Assembly: GCA_038087875.1 (NCBI GenBank)
Contig: CM075991.1
Coordinates: 12,526,001-12,590,000 of the forward strand
Source: Malacoraja senta
Taxonomy: Eukaryota
Direction of reading: 5' to 3'
Length of the DNA: 64,000 bases
Within the stretch, counting starts at the first letter, position 1; each line of letters opens with the position of its first letter. Below, in pieces: positions 23,113 to 35,619 of this stretch. The notes under the pieces are model-generated. The model was given only the letters and a program-made list of their open reading frames with translations. It did not search any database and had not been told where the DNA came from. Made by a program: the position numbers and the translations under genes.

Positions 23113-23591
23113 TTGACTTGTTTTGGGTGTCTGGTATTCACTAGACGTTTTCAACAAGATTGGGTGTATTTGATTCCTAAATCTTCAGTGCAGTCAAGTT
23201 TATTGTCCTATGCACAAGCATGGTGAGGTGCAGGTACAATGTAAATCTTGCTTAGAGCAGCGTGACAGGCACATAGACTCAGACACACAAGAATGTAAAT
23301 TACACCAGACTGGAAAAAAGACATTTGGTACAAAACACAATTAGAAAATAAATCCATGACAGGGCAAGACTCTTCTGCTACCAAGATAGGATTAGGAGAT
23401 GTGGAAACAATGAACTGCAGATGCTGGTTAATACACAAAATGACATAAAGTGCTGGAGTAGCACAGCGAGTCAGGCAACAAACCTGAAGAACATTGATAG
23501 ATAACGGGATTACGGTTGTGTAGAAGAGAAGACACAAAGTGCTGGAGTAACTCAGTGTGTCATGCAGCATCTCTGGAGAAAAGGTCTGGGT

Positions 23592-23619
23592 GACGTTTCT
23601 GGTCGAAACACTTCATCAG
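23592..23619 (-). ncRNA. Hammerhead motif variant with canonical CUGAUGA box (stem II damaged)
   Basis: CTGATGA-AGTGTTTCGACCA-GAAACGTC. Confidence 0.45.
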
Positions 23620-23894
23620 ACACGCTGTGCAGGTCAGTTTCAAGAAGGTTGTAGGAAAGTATCTGTTCCTGAACCTGGTGGTGTAGGACCTCAGGCTTCT
23701 GTACCTCCTGCCCAATGATAGATTCTTGATTCACCAATATTTTAAGCAGGTTTTATGTCTTTTGTAAAGACAGATGCAAAGTGATTTCCACTGCCATTTC
23801 TTTTTCTCGACATGACTCATCACCCATTCCTTTTACCAGAGATGCCGCCAGACCCGTCTGAGTTACTCCAGCACTGTGAAACGTCAACTATCAA

Positions 23895-24443
23895 TAGAGT
23901 CATAGAGTGATACAGTGTGAAAACAGGCCCTTATGCCCAACTTGCCCACACCGGCCAACAAAGTCCCCAGCTACACTCGTTTCCATTTTGGCCATATCCT
24001 TCCAAAACTGTTGTATCCATATACCTGTCTAACAGTTTCTTAAACGATGGGATAGTCCCATTCTCAACTATCTCCTCTGGCAGCTTGTTCCATACACCCA
24101 CCACCCTTGGTGTGAAAACGGTACCCCTCAGATTCCTATTAAATCGTTTCCCCTTCACCATGAACCTATGTCCTCTGGTCCTCGATTCCCCTACTCTGGG
24201 CAAGAGACTCTGTTTATCTACCCGATCTATTCCACTCATGATTTTATACACCTCTCTAAGATCACCTCTCATCCTCCTGTGCTCCATGGAATAGAGACCC
24301 AGCCTACTCAACCTCTCCCTATAGCTCACACCCTCTCGTAAATCTTTTCTAAACCCTTTCAAGCTTGACAATATATTTCCTATAACATGGTGCCCAGAAC
24401 TGAACACTAAATGCGGTCTCACCAACGTCTGATATAACTGCAA
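23895..24443 (-). mobile_element. CR1-clade LINE 3' fragment (second subfamily)
   Basis: ORF 23931-24443 LYQTLVRPHL...RMRGDLREVYKIMSGIDRVD...RTRGHRF. Confidence 0.88.
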
Positions 24444-24539
24444 CCCATGTTGTCCAGAGATGCTGGCTGACCAGGTGAGTTACTCCAGCACTCTGTGTCT
24501 GTCTCCCATGGACCAGGCGGGCTGGGGGTCCCCCTGGTG

Positions 24540-24860
24540 GCCAACCTCACTCGTGCATCTCTGGATGACTGGCAGCAGCAGCCGTGTCCGGTTGGCGCCA
24601 AGGGGGGCAAAATGGCGGCGCCCACAGGCCCCATCCCACCGCCGCCTCTGCACCGTCCCGTGGAGCCGCACCCACTGTCCACAGGCCCCCAGGCCCCGAG
24701 TCCCCGCCCCGTGGAGCCGCACCCACTGTCCACAGGCGTCCCCGTCCCGTGGAGCCGCACCCACTGTCCACAGGCCCCGAGTCTCGGTCCCGTGGAGCCG
24801 CATAGAGAGAGACACATAATGCTGGAGTAACTCAGCCTCATCCCGAGGCCTTAAACGCAG
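24540..24860. promoter_or_regulatory. CpG-rich island with YY1 motif and tandem repeat; candidate STARD7 promoter and non-coding first exon
   Basis: CAAAATGGCGGC at 24608-24619; minus-strand donor CGA|GTGAGG at 24551; four variant copies of cccgtggagccgcacccactgtccacagg (24657-24802). Confidence 0.5.
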
Positions 24861-25364
24861 TGTCCCGCTTTAACACTCACACGGCAGAAAACACACGTCA
24901 GGAGGCGAGTGAGTTTACAAGTTGGGAGGTCATGTTGTAGTTATATAAATAACCTCCATCAAGGACGCAGAGTTATTATCCTAAAATGGTGGCCTGCTTC
25001 TGCAAATACTGCCGAAACTTGAGCACTTCTTAATTTCGTTTTTTTTAAATTTGCTTTTGATGCGTTTTAATAACATCTTTTCTCGGGATACAGGAGGAGC
25101 ACCAAGGAGCTGCTAGAGGTTATGGACGAGTGCAATCCGAGCACAGAGTGTAACCATGGGCCACCGATTTCTCTGGTACTCCAGATGTCCACAGCTGCAG
25201 ATTACACTACATGAAAGGTGGCGGAATCGGACAATGTGGAGACTTGGAAGTAATATAGGAAGGTGAATATTGAAGTGTGATCTATTGGACGTGCTACACG
25301 TTCAGATTGTAAATTATATTTACCCCATAAGCTAGTTGTAGAGACAACTACTAGGATTAGCAAG

Positions 25365-25540
25365 GAAAGAACTGCAGGTGCTGGTTTAAATTGAAGGTAG
25401 ACACAAAATGCTGGAGTAACTCAGCGGGTCAGGCAGCATCTCTGGAGGGAAGGAATGGGTGACGTTTCGGGTCAAGACACCCATTCCTTCTCTCCAGAGA
25501 TGCTGCCTGCCCGCTGAGTTACTCCAGCCTTTTGTGTTTA
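25365..25540. mobile_element. Palindromic Penelope-derived element
   Basis: Inverted arms meeting at gacgtttcgggtcaagac|acccattcc. Confidence 0.7.
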
Positions 25541-25884
25541 CTAGGGTTAGCATTGACTGGGCGGGCATTGAAGTGGATTTAGTGGAGAATTTTGGGCCAA
25601 GCTTGGGTTTTAAGTGGGAGAAAAGGAGAGAATAGTGAAGTTCAGAGTGTTTCTAAAGATATTTATAATAATTCCGTAAAGATTCTACTTTGCAGACTTA
25701 CTCTGGCTCGATCCTTCCCTCTTGGTCTGATGCCTTTTATGTCTGCTATAGGAAAACTTCAGAGCTCTGTGGACTGCGTGCTTCATAATACCAATTGATG
25801 CAATACTCACATGCTCTGTAACAGTTACACAAATATTCAGCAGTAAGGACAGTTAACTTTGCAGCAAAGGAAACAGAAATATCA

Positions 25885-26260
25885 AAGATAGACCCAAAAA
25901 GCTGGAGTAACTCAGCAGGACAGGCAGCATCTCTGGAGAGAACGAATGGGTGACGTTTCAGGGTTGAGACCCTTCTTCAGACTGGTTAGGGATAAGGGAA
26001 ATGAGAGTTATAGACCAAATATCATAGAAGGCTCTAGTATCTTTGACATAGAACATGCTCCAGTATCTTTGATTTAGACGGTGATGTGGAGAGATAAAGA
26101 ACAATGAATGAAAGATATGCACAAAAGTTACAATGATAAAGGAAACGGGCCACTGTGAGGTGTTCCTAGGGTGAAAATGAGACGGTAGTGTGACTTGGGG
26201 GGGGGGGGGGGGGGGGGCATAGAGAGAGGAAATGTCAGAGCTACCCGGTGAGAGAAATAT
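25885..26260 (-). mobile_element. Penelope-like 3' UTR fragment
   Basis: Same terminus and hammerhead region plus an extended UTR similar in layout to 22860-23050. Confidence 0.6.
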
Positions 26261-27719
26261 ACAGAAATATCAGTTTTAAATGAACAATTTGTGCTTTCAG
26301 TCAATCTGAAGAACGATGATGATAGGATTTCAGTAATTGAATTCTACGGGTTTTGAGGGGAAATAGTTGCCATATCCACCCTGATTACTGACAAATTGTT
26401 GTTACATAAGGCCATTGCTAAGAGATAATAGATTAGTACCATCTTCATCAGTATGTGCTTTCAGTTGGAGGTAATTTGGAATTCTAGTATCCCACCTCCC
26501 TGCTTACTATTCCTTACTGCATTAGAGAACAGATGGGTTCAGTGCAAATGTTTGTAACTTATTGTACTTGTGCTGGGCTGTAGGCCAGATCACTCAATGA
26601 CCATGAAGAAGGTTCTCGACCATAAACTTTACTTCTTCATGTTCTCCAGGGATGTTGCCCGATCAGCTGAGTTACTCCAGCACTTTGTGTCCCTTTGTGT
26701 ATTACCCAGCATCTGCAGTTCTTTGTTTCTACAATTATCCTCCAATGGCAAGGGAAGGTTATAGAGAAATGAAGGGCATATCAAAGCTCTGAATTGTTTG
26801 TTAAGATCAAGCAATAGTAAGTAGTATTTAATAACCCTAATCCTAATAAAGACATTTATTAGGAGATAATATCAATTTAATGTAGACTAAGATTTCAAAA
26901 AACTAACAGCACTTTAACAATGCCAAGTTTGAACACAGTAATTTTTAGCAACAAACGAAATGACAATTTTACATAATTTAAATATGCTGGGAGGATAAAA
27001 ATCTGAGTTATGTTCATTTATTTATCTCCCTTTTTTCTGCTTAAGGTGATGGTCCCTGTGCATGATGATCACAATCCAGTGATTTACTGGACAGCGCACC
27101 TGAATTGGAACCAGCTGTGATCCTTCACACTGTTTACTGTCACTAGTTGACTGTATTACAACAATATCTACACTGGAAAGCATTCTAGTAAGTATTACTA
27201 CTGGTTTCAGATTGGAGTGGTAGCACTGATTACTGTAGTAATATTTCTATTACTTCAGCTGGGAATTCATTGATTCCGATGCTGTTTGGCTGAAGGATTT
27301 GGGATGTGCTGTTTTACCCTGTATCCAATCTATTTCACATCTAGACTTGCAGGCTCACTTTGTGTCAGGTTCTGACTCTCCACCCTGGCACTTTTTCTGC
27401 CTGCTACATTAATGTTCTCATCAACAATGTTTGCAGTCTCACTTCATCCAATGGATAGGCTGCATGTTGTGTTTGGGAGCACAGTAATTGTTACCTGATG
27501 AATTGCTGCTTCCTGTTTACATTGAAGACTAATGACAAGCTCCATTTTAATTAACAATCAGTTTGCATATCCAAGCACTGGTGTGGAAGTATAAAATGTG
27601 TTTACCTTCAAAACACAACCCCACAAGGCCTCAGAAGAGGGATTAAAATTAATTAATTTGGGGATGATACTAATGGATGTTGAGTGTTCTTATTTAGAAA
27701 TGTTGGATAATGAACTAGA

Positions 27720-27929
27720 AAGGAACTGCAGATGCTGGTTTAAACTGAAGGTAGACACAAAATGCTGGAGTAACTCAGCGGGTCAGGCAGCATCTCTGGA
27801 GAGAAGGAATGGGTGACGTTTTGGGTCGAGACCCTTCTTCAGACGGGTCTCGACCCGAAACGCCGCCCATTCTTTCTCTCCATAGACGCTGCCTCACCCG
27901 CTAAGTTACTCCAGCATTTTGTGTCTACT
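27720..27929. mobile_element. Palindromic Penelope-derived element
   Basis: Inverted arms; centre cttcttcagac|gggtctcgacccgaaac. Confidence 0.75.
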
Positions 27930-28427
27930 GTCTATATCCTTTTCAGCCTCCTTATGTCCATTTCACAATTTATTGCCTTGCCTGTATTTGTGGCATCAGC
28001 ATTGATACCTTCATCCAAGTCATGAATGTATTTTGCAAGGAGAGGCTCAAGCACTGATCCCTGTGACACACCATGTAAAGATGCCGGCTCTCTTCATTTC
28101 CCATTTTCCACTTAATCTAACTACGATTTTACCTCCTCCACCACGAGTGTGCATTGGGAGATCTAGGATGCCTGTAGGTCCATGGTGAGTGGCCTGTCCC
28201 AATCCTCCTGCTAAATAGTTGTGGATAGTCACAAGTTGCGCATCCAGTTGAGTTGAGGTTTATTGTAAGGTGTGCCATGGAGCAACAGCAGATGGCGCCA
28301 GAGTAACTCAGCGCCACAGGCAGCATCTCTGGAGAAAAGGAATGGGTGACGTTTCGGGTCGAGACCCTTCTACAGACTGATGTGAGGTAGTTTGTCAAGA
28401 TGTGAATTCCAGCAACACTATTCTTAG

Positions 28428-28615
28428 GTGTTTAAGAAGGAACTGCAGATGCTGGAAAATTGAAGGTAGACAAAAGTGCTGGAGAAACTCAGCGGGTGCG
28501 GCAGCATCTATGGAGCGAAGTCTGAGGAATGGTTTTCGGCCCGAAACGTTGCCTATTTCCTTCGCTCCATAGATGTTGCTGCACCCGCTGAGTTCCTCCA
28601 GCACTTTTGTCTACC
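28428..28615. mobile_element. Palindromic Penelope-derived element (UUCG-loop subfamily)
   Basis: gtagacaaaagtgctggagaaactcagcgggtgc... / ...gcacccgctgagttcctccagcacttttgtctac. Confidence 0.75.
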
Positions 28616-28797
28616 TATTATTCTGAGATGGTTATTTGTATTGGAAAATTTTCGCGGTGGGGGGGTATAAAATGCATGTACATGTAAGGGGATTTCAATA
28701 TTTTGGGCCACAGCTTTTCCTTCCAATGTAAGGGGAGTGAAGCGATCAGCAGGAATGAGGGCATCCTTGACTCCCAATATTGGAACTGACACTGCTT

Positions 28798-29009
28798 ATG
28801 TAGGAAGGAACTGCAGATGCTGGTTTAAACCAAAGATAGACACAAAATGCTGGAGTAACTCAGAGGGTCAGACAGCATCTCTGGAGAAAAGGAAAAGGTG
28901 ATGTTTCGGGTCGAGACTGAATAAGGGTCTCGACCAGAAACGTCACCTATTTATTTTCTCCAGGGTGCTGTCTGTCCCGCTGAGTTACTCCACCTTTTTG
29001 TGTCTGTCT
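28798..29009. mobile_element. Palindromic Penelope-derived element with 13-bp TSD
   Basis: Inverted arms; ACTGACACTGCTT at 28785-28797 and 29010-29022. Confidence 0.8.
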
Positions 29010-30204
29010 ACTGACACTGCTTCACTGGATGTCTAAATGATCTGTGCCTCTGTATTCATTTCTATTATTTTTAAAAAGGGCTTAAAGGGCACCACTGGAA
29101 AGATGAAAATTAAATTGTTGTCATCCAAAAAACAAGGTTTTAAAGATGATGAAAGGAGGCAAGGGCTGCATTTCAATATGCACCATTTTTTAAACTGGCA
29201 ATATTACGAAAATAATGATTTAGTAGTAATTATTTCCTATTACTATTTACAGCATCAAGGAACCAAGATCGTTCTGCAGTAATTCTGACAATATTTGCTG
29301 CCACACAGTGGATTCTGCCTGGTGTCAGTCACACATCTGGCAGCTGAGGATGAATGGGTGAACTGGCTGTTTGGTAGCAGAGCGCGTTGGAGCCTTGGAA
29401 ACGTTGTTTAATCATCCACTCCTTTGTTTATGTCTCAAATTCTGCTTAGTTTTTCTCCACTGTGATGAAGCCAGACTCAATAAGTTAGCCACAAAATGCT
29501 GGAGTAATTCAGCGGGTGAGGCAACATCTCCGGAGAGAAGGAATGGGCGACATTTCGGGTCGAGACCCTTCTTCAGAGTTAGTTAGTTAATTTAGTGCTA
29601 TGAAGAAATAAAATGTGACTTTATTGTTGAACAAAGATACACTATCACTCTTATGCATCATTTAGTTCCATGCATATGCCCTCTCAACCATGTAAATGGA
29701 CAGCCAAACCTGTGTGTGAAATATCTTTGGATGTGGGAACTGTGACAGTCATCTGTGTCTGGATGCAGCCAAGGTGGGAAAGACTTTATGGTTCAGTATA
29801 GTAGTTACATACTTGCAGAATATATACATTTGCATCCAAACAATAGTTTGTGCAGGATATGATAACTATGTTATTAAAACTAAGAATGTCATGTTCTCAT
29901 GAACAATATCAATTGCTTCTGAAAACGCACCTTTAGTTTGCATATTTGTAATGAACAAACTGCTCCTGAAACTGGGACTGTTTTCCCTGGAACAAAAGTG
30001 GCAAAGGGGTGAATTTATAAAGTTTATAAAAACAAATATCGCTTTCTTATTAAAGTTCTGGTCAAAATTAACTTTGCATCTGTATTTCTTGCAGTTGGCC
30101 ACATTAGAGACTTTAACAGACAAATTTGCACAGAACTCTCTTATGACTAAACCAACAGGCAGCAACGACTGGTGGTGGTGGTTTGGAAGGTAGTTGGTGG
30201 GTGA

Positions 30205-30362
30205 TAGACACAAGCTGGAGTAACTCAGCGGGACAGGCAACATCTCTGGAGAGAAGGAATGGGTGACGTTTCGGGTCCAGACCCTTCTTCAGTCTGAAGG
30301 GTTACTCCAGCATTTTGTATCTAACTTCGATTTAAAGCAGCATCTGCAGTTCTTTCCTACAG
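30205..30362. mobile_element. Palindromic Penelope-derived element; intact hammerhead core on - strand at 30265-30292
   Basis: CTGAAGA-AGGGTCTGGACCC-GAAACGTC on the minus strand. Confidence 0.7.
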
Positions 30363-31244
30363 GTAGCTAATGGTGCTCGATAGGGCTCAGTCCCTTACCT
30401 TCGTAGATTAATTTGCTTTTAAAGTCTGGTATCTCGTAGTTCTCTGGATTGAATGCCACCTACAATCTTCTTGAAAGCCATGCCAAAATCTTCATTGAGA
30501 TTCTTCAACTGAGAAGAATCTTCGACTGAGAAAAGGCAGAAGGAATGAACTGTTAGGCATCAGGGGGTACAATTATTTTTCAATAAACATGCCTGTGTAC
30601 GTTATCTTCAAGTCCGAGAGTCATCAATATTCCTCCGGCAAATTATGTTACCTCTTCTACTGCGACCAGAGACACTTCAAAAAATATATTGGAAAAAATT
30701 ACCGCTTTATATTTAACGAACACACCAAGTTACATGTAGCGTGCACATTTTAAGAGATTCCTAATCAGATTAGTTACAGATGACCTTGCTGTTACCAGGC
30801 TGGGTGGGGAAAGGTTTGCATTCAAAGTAAACAAGCTGAACCATGATTTTCAGTAACACAAAGCCATGTCATCTGCACATGAGTCAGGAAATTAGAGTTG
30901 AAAGGAATTGGTTAATTTACTTTTTTCCCACAAGATCTGAGTGAATTTTAGTCTATTTCCCCAAATTTATGATTAGTAATTTGTGAATTTTGTACGGTTG
31001 CTTTTCAATTAACGGAATTCAAAGCAGTTCTAATCACGGATGTGCCATTCAGTGCACCAGGGTAATGTTGGTAAGTTCCAAGGCTTCTGTTCCAAGGGGT
31101 ATCCTTCTCTCGCCCTTGGGAGCAATGTGGTACCATGGACTCACACAGCACGGTAACGGGCTCTTCAGCCCAACTCGCTCAGACTGCCAGTAAGGGAAAA
31201 AAGATGCAAACACCACTAGTAACATGAGCAATATCATAAGAGAT

Positions 31245-31560
31245 AGGAGCAGAATTAGGCCATTCGGCCCATCAAGTCAACTCCTCCATTCATTCATGGC
31301 TGATATATCTGACCCTCCTAACCCCATTCTCCTGCCTTCTCCCCATAACTCTCACACCCGCACTAATCAAGAATCTACCTCTGCCTTATATCCATTGACT
31401 TTGCCTCCACAGTCTTCTGTGCCAAAGAATTCCAGATTGGCCACCCTCTGACCAAAGAAATTTCTCCTCATCTCCTTCGTAAAAGAACGCCTTTTAATTC
31501 TGAGGCTATGACCTCTAGTCCTAGACTCTCCCACTAGTGGAAACATCCTCTCCACATCCA
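31245..31560 (-). mobile_element. CR1 LINE 3' fragment
   Basis: MDVERMFPLVGESRTRGHSLRIK... and CR1 3' UTR. Confidence 0.8.
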
Positions 31561-31954
31561 ATGGTAGTTGTTCCGATTGGAACTCTGCTTGGCGATAGGA
31601 CCCTGGAACTGCAGGTGGACACCCCGCTGCAATTTTTTATAAACAAAAAAACGTTATTTGTCATAAAAAAAACAGAATGAAAACTCAATACATTCTTAGT
31701 GTCTATACATTCAATATTGCTAGTTTTATACCCAGTGGTGTTTGCATGTTCTTTTTTTCCTTAATGGTAGACTGGATGAGTTGGGCTGAAGGGCCTGTTT
31801 CCGTGCTTATGACTCCATGCTTCTGCCAAGGGCGAGGGATAACAATACCCTTGGAACCGCTTGGAACCTAGGGCTACAGCCGCAGTTGCATCACCTTTTT
31901 GCAGAGCCAGGGATCACTTTATTGTTCAGGCGTTGCCGTATAATTTTACATTAA

Positions 31955-33535
31955 GAGTCATGAGTGTTTTATTGTCATATGTCCCGGACGGGACAATTAA
32001 ATTCTTACTTGCTGCAGCACAACAGAATATGTGAATATGTAAACATTTTATATAACGGGAAAAAAAAAGAAAAAGTTCAATAAATAACAAATATAGTGCA
32101 AATAACAAATAATAATATAGTCTTTTGCAGTTCAGAGCTCAGAGCTTATTCGTTGTTTAATAGCCTGATGGCTGTGGGGAAGAAACGGTTCCTGAACCTG
32201 GACATTACAGTTTTCAAGCTCCTGTACCTTCTTCCTGATGGCAGTGGTGAGATGCGTGTGTGGCCAGGGTGGTGTTGGTCCTTGATGATTTTGGCTTTTT
32301 GAGGCAGCGACTACGATAGATCCCTTCGATGGTGGGGAGGTCAAAGCCGGTGATGGACTGGGCAGTGGTCATAACTTATTGTAGTCTTTTTCGCTCCTGG
32401 ACTTTCAAGTTGCCGAACCAGGCCACGATGCAACCAGTCCGAATGCTCTCTACCGTGCACCTGTAGAAGTGTAGGAGAATCCTCTTCAACATGCGAATCT
32501 CCGTAATCTTCTCAGGAAGTAGAGTCGCTGATGTGCCTGCTTTACAATTGCATCGGTGTGCTGGGTCTAGGAAAGATCTTCTGATATATGCACGCCCAGG
32601 AATTTGAAGTTATTGACCCTCTCCACCATCGTCCCGTTGATATAAACAGGATTGTGGGTCCCTATCCTACCCCTTCCAAAGTCCACGATCAGTTCCTTAG
32701 TTTTGCTGGTATTGAGAGACAGGTTATTGTGCTGGTACCATTTGGTCAATCGGTCGATCTCACTTCTATACTCTGACTCGTCACCATCAGTGATTCGTCC
32801 CACAACAGTGGTGTCGTCGGCGAACTTGACGATGGAGTTCGCAATATGTCCGGCTACACAGTCATGAGTATAGAGTGAGTACAGCAGGGGGCTGCGCACG
32901 CAGCCTTGAGGTGCTCCTGTGCTGATTGTTATCGAGGATGACACATTTCCACCAATACGGACAGACTGTGGTCTGGATGAGGAAGTCGAGAATCCAATTG
33001 CAGAGGGATGCGCAGAGACCGAGATCCGTGAGCATGGTAACCAGCTTGGAGGGGATGATGGTATTAAACGGCAAGCTGTAGTCTATAAACAGCAGCCTGA
33101 CATAGGTGTTTTATGTCCAAGTGGTCCAATGCGGAGTGGAGAGCCATTGAAATTGCATCTACCGTTGACCTGTTGTGGCGGTATACGAACTGTAGTTGGT
33201 CGAGGTTCTTGTCGAGGCAGGAGTTGATGTGCACCATAACCAACCTCTCAAAGCACTTCATCACCACAGTGCCACAGGTCGATAGTCATTGAGGCACATC
33301 ACCTTACTCTTCTTGGGCACCGGTATTATTGATGCCCTCTTAAAGCAGGTGGGAACCTCAGACCTCAGAAGTGAGAGGTTGAAAATGTCCGTTAAAAACT
33401 CCAGCAAGTTGGTGCGCACAGGTTTTAGAACACGGCTGGGTATACCATCAGGTCCAGGCACTTTCCGAGGGTTCACCCTCCTGAAGGATCTTCTGATGTC
33501 GGCCTCTGTGACTATGACTGTAACACCGTCAGGGC
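31955..33535 (-). mobile_element. Rex1/Babar-clade LINE, 5'-truncated, degenerate RT
   Basis: Frameshifted ORF pieces: [83 protein letters not shown]; 3' tail gtcccgtccgggacatatgacaataaa. Confidence 0.9.
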
Positions 33536-33689
33536 GAATTCCATCACTATTGTGAACATCTTGCATCACTATGTTCCAATAACCACACAGTTGCAATACA
33601 GACAAGATTACGGCTGTCTCTGTTGTCTGGACCCAACTATTTGTCAAGTTCCGCGCAGATCGTGTTTCGAAAATAATTATAATTCTTTA

Positions 33690-33910
33690 GTCCGAGAGTG
33701 GTGAATCTGGAATTCTTTCCCACAGGCTGTGGAGGCCAAGTCAGTGGATATATTTAAGGCAGAGATAGATAGATTCTTGATTAGTATGGGTGTCAGAGGT
33801 TATGCGGAGAAGGCAGGAGAATGGGATTAGGAGGGAGAGATAGATTAGCCATGATTGAATGGCAGAGTAGACTTGATGGGCCGAATGGCCTAATACTGCT
33901 CCTATCAATT
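33690..33910 (+). mobile_element. CR1 LINE 3' fragment
   Basis: gagagtggtgaatctggaattc...gatgggccgaatggcctaat. Confidence 0.75.
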
Positions 33911-34949
33911 ATGATCTTTTTGAGATAATAAAAATGTATTTCTTGCAAGAAACACTCTTTTGAAGAAAAACGTTAAGCCATCTCTGAGCAGTGAAATCCA
34001 GGCAGCGGTTGTGCAAATGCCCCAAGCTATTTGCAGAGCTCTCTGAGAGCTCACTGGGTGTCCAGCATGAAGCTGAGCCACAGAAACCTGAAAGGCACTG
34101 GGTGTAATGTCTGTTTGAAGATTGTACTGGGGACCTAGAATTGGGTTGAATCCAAAAGAAATCTGAAGAAGGGTCTTGACCCAAAACATCACCCATTCCT
34201 TCTGAGTTACTCCAGCATTTTGTGTCTATCTTCAATTTAAACTAGCATCTGTAGAACTTTCCTATGCATGGGTTGAATCCTAGATGGGGACAGGGAGGAA
34301 AACAAAAATCACCGTCGATCCACACTCCTGCTTACATATATTGGCCTCTACAATGGACATCGTCATGGTGCATATTGGCAAGGTCATTGGACCTATTCCA
34401 TGTTTCCATATAAATTATCCCAAATGTGAGTCTTATATTAATGTTGGATTGCACCTATTGAAATGTTCCCAAACACAAAGGAAGTTTTTACAGAAAAAGC
34501 ACTCAAGTATACAAAAGTGATCATAATCAGTTAAATGCTGCATTTACAACTGAATTAATTCAGTATCGACGATTACCAGATCTTACAAACCACAATTCAT
34601 GACAGTATCATTTGAATGAGGGACATTCCCATTAATAAGTAATTTAGGGCACATTGGCAACATTTTTTTTTTACATTTCATGCAGGACTGGGCAAATAAA
34701 TTAACAATGAAAAATGTTTTGCACTGTTAAGAGAAAACCGTTGTGACTCAGCAGCAAATATATTTTAGGAAGTGATGTTCCCCGCGAAGGTCATAAAATA
34801 TCAGATCATTTCAAGGAAACAGAAAGAACTTGAGGTGTAAACATTAGTGCGGTGACGTGCACATACCAGGCTGGTTCAGGCGTAGAAGCTGTTTATTTGG
34901 ATGGTATGTTCCATGGAGATAAGACAACACACGGATCCCTTTGGATTTC

Positions 34950-35123
34950 GTGTAGGAAAGAACTGCAGATGCTGGTTTAAATCAAAGGTAGACACAAAAT
35001 GCTGAAGTAACTCAGTAGGACAGGCAGCATCTCAGGAGAGCAGTCTGAAGATGGGTCACCCATTCCTTCTCTCCAGAGATGCTGCCTGTCCCGCTGAGTT
35101 ACTGCAGCATTTTGTGTCTACCT
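34950..35123. mobile_element. Palindromic Penelope-derived element with 14-bp TSD
   Basis: TCCCTTTGGATTTC at 34936-34949 and 35124-35137; inverted arms. Confidence 0.8.
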
Positions 35124-35619
35124 TCCCTTTGGATTTCCGCAGTTCATTAATGTTAAAAGCCACTTCACTGAACAGTGAATACTCAGCAATTGTTTCCTCA
35201 TTTTGAAAAGGCAATTAGAATAATTTGTGTTTATGGAATGTGATCTTTCTCAGTTAATTAATATCTCACAGCCCCAGGCCGTTTGACTCATCCAGCATTT
35301 CCTTCCTCCCAGACTCCAGGTGCAGAATGTGGTGGACTCAGAATCACACAGCACAGAAACAGGCCCTTCAGCCCACCACATCCATGCCAGACACCAAATA
35401 CATCTGCACTCATCTGCGGCAACTTGTGGGCAACAACTAATTTAAACAAACATTCCCTATATAGACATAGGAGAAGTTTTTTTTGTCATTCCATTCAGGG
35501 TTTGCAGTAGATTACAATAGAAGACTAGAGCATGGATAGTGTTATCTTTATTTCAGAAGGGCTGCAAAGGAAATCCACAGAACTTTAGGCCAAAGAGTGG
35601 TATCTATGGTGGTAATGCC

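Noticed and set aside
24419..24841. Overlapping ORFs such as MAAPTGPIPPPP...
   Set aside because: Made of the tandem repeat and terminate in PLE remnants; the ATG is part of the YY1 motif
27062..27125. C/D-box snoRNA (ATGATGA...CTGA)
   Set aside because: C-to-D spacing only ~40 nt, no convincing terminal stem or recognisable rRNA guide
27720..27929. Palindromic elements as MITEs/DNA transposons
   Set aside because: Arms are unequal, inversion points vary, TSDs are 12-16 bp and variable, and single-arm copies connect to a PLE-like ORF end
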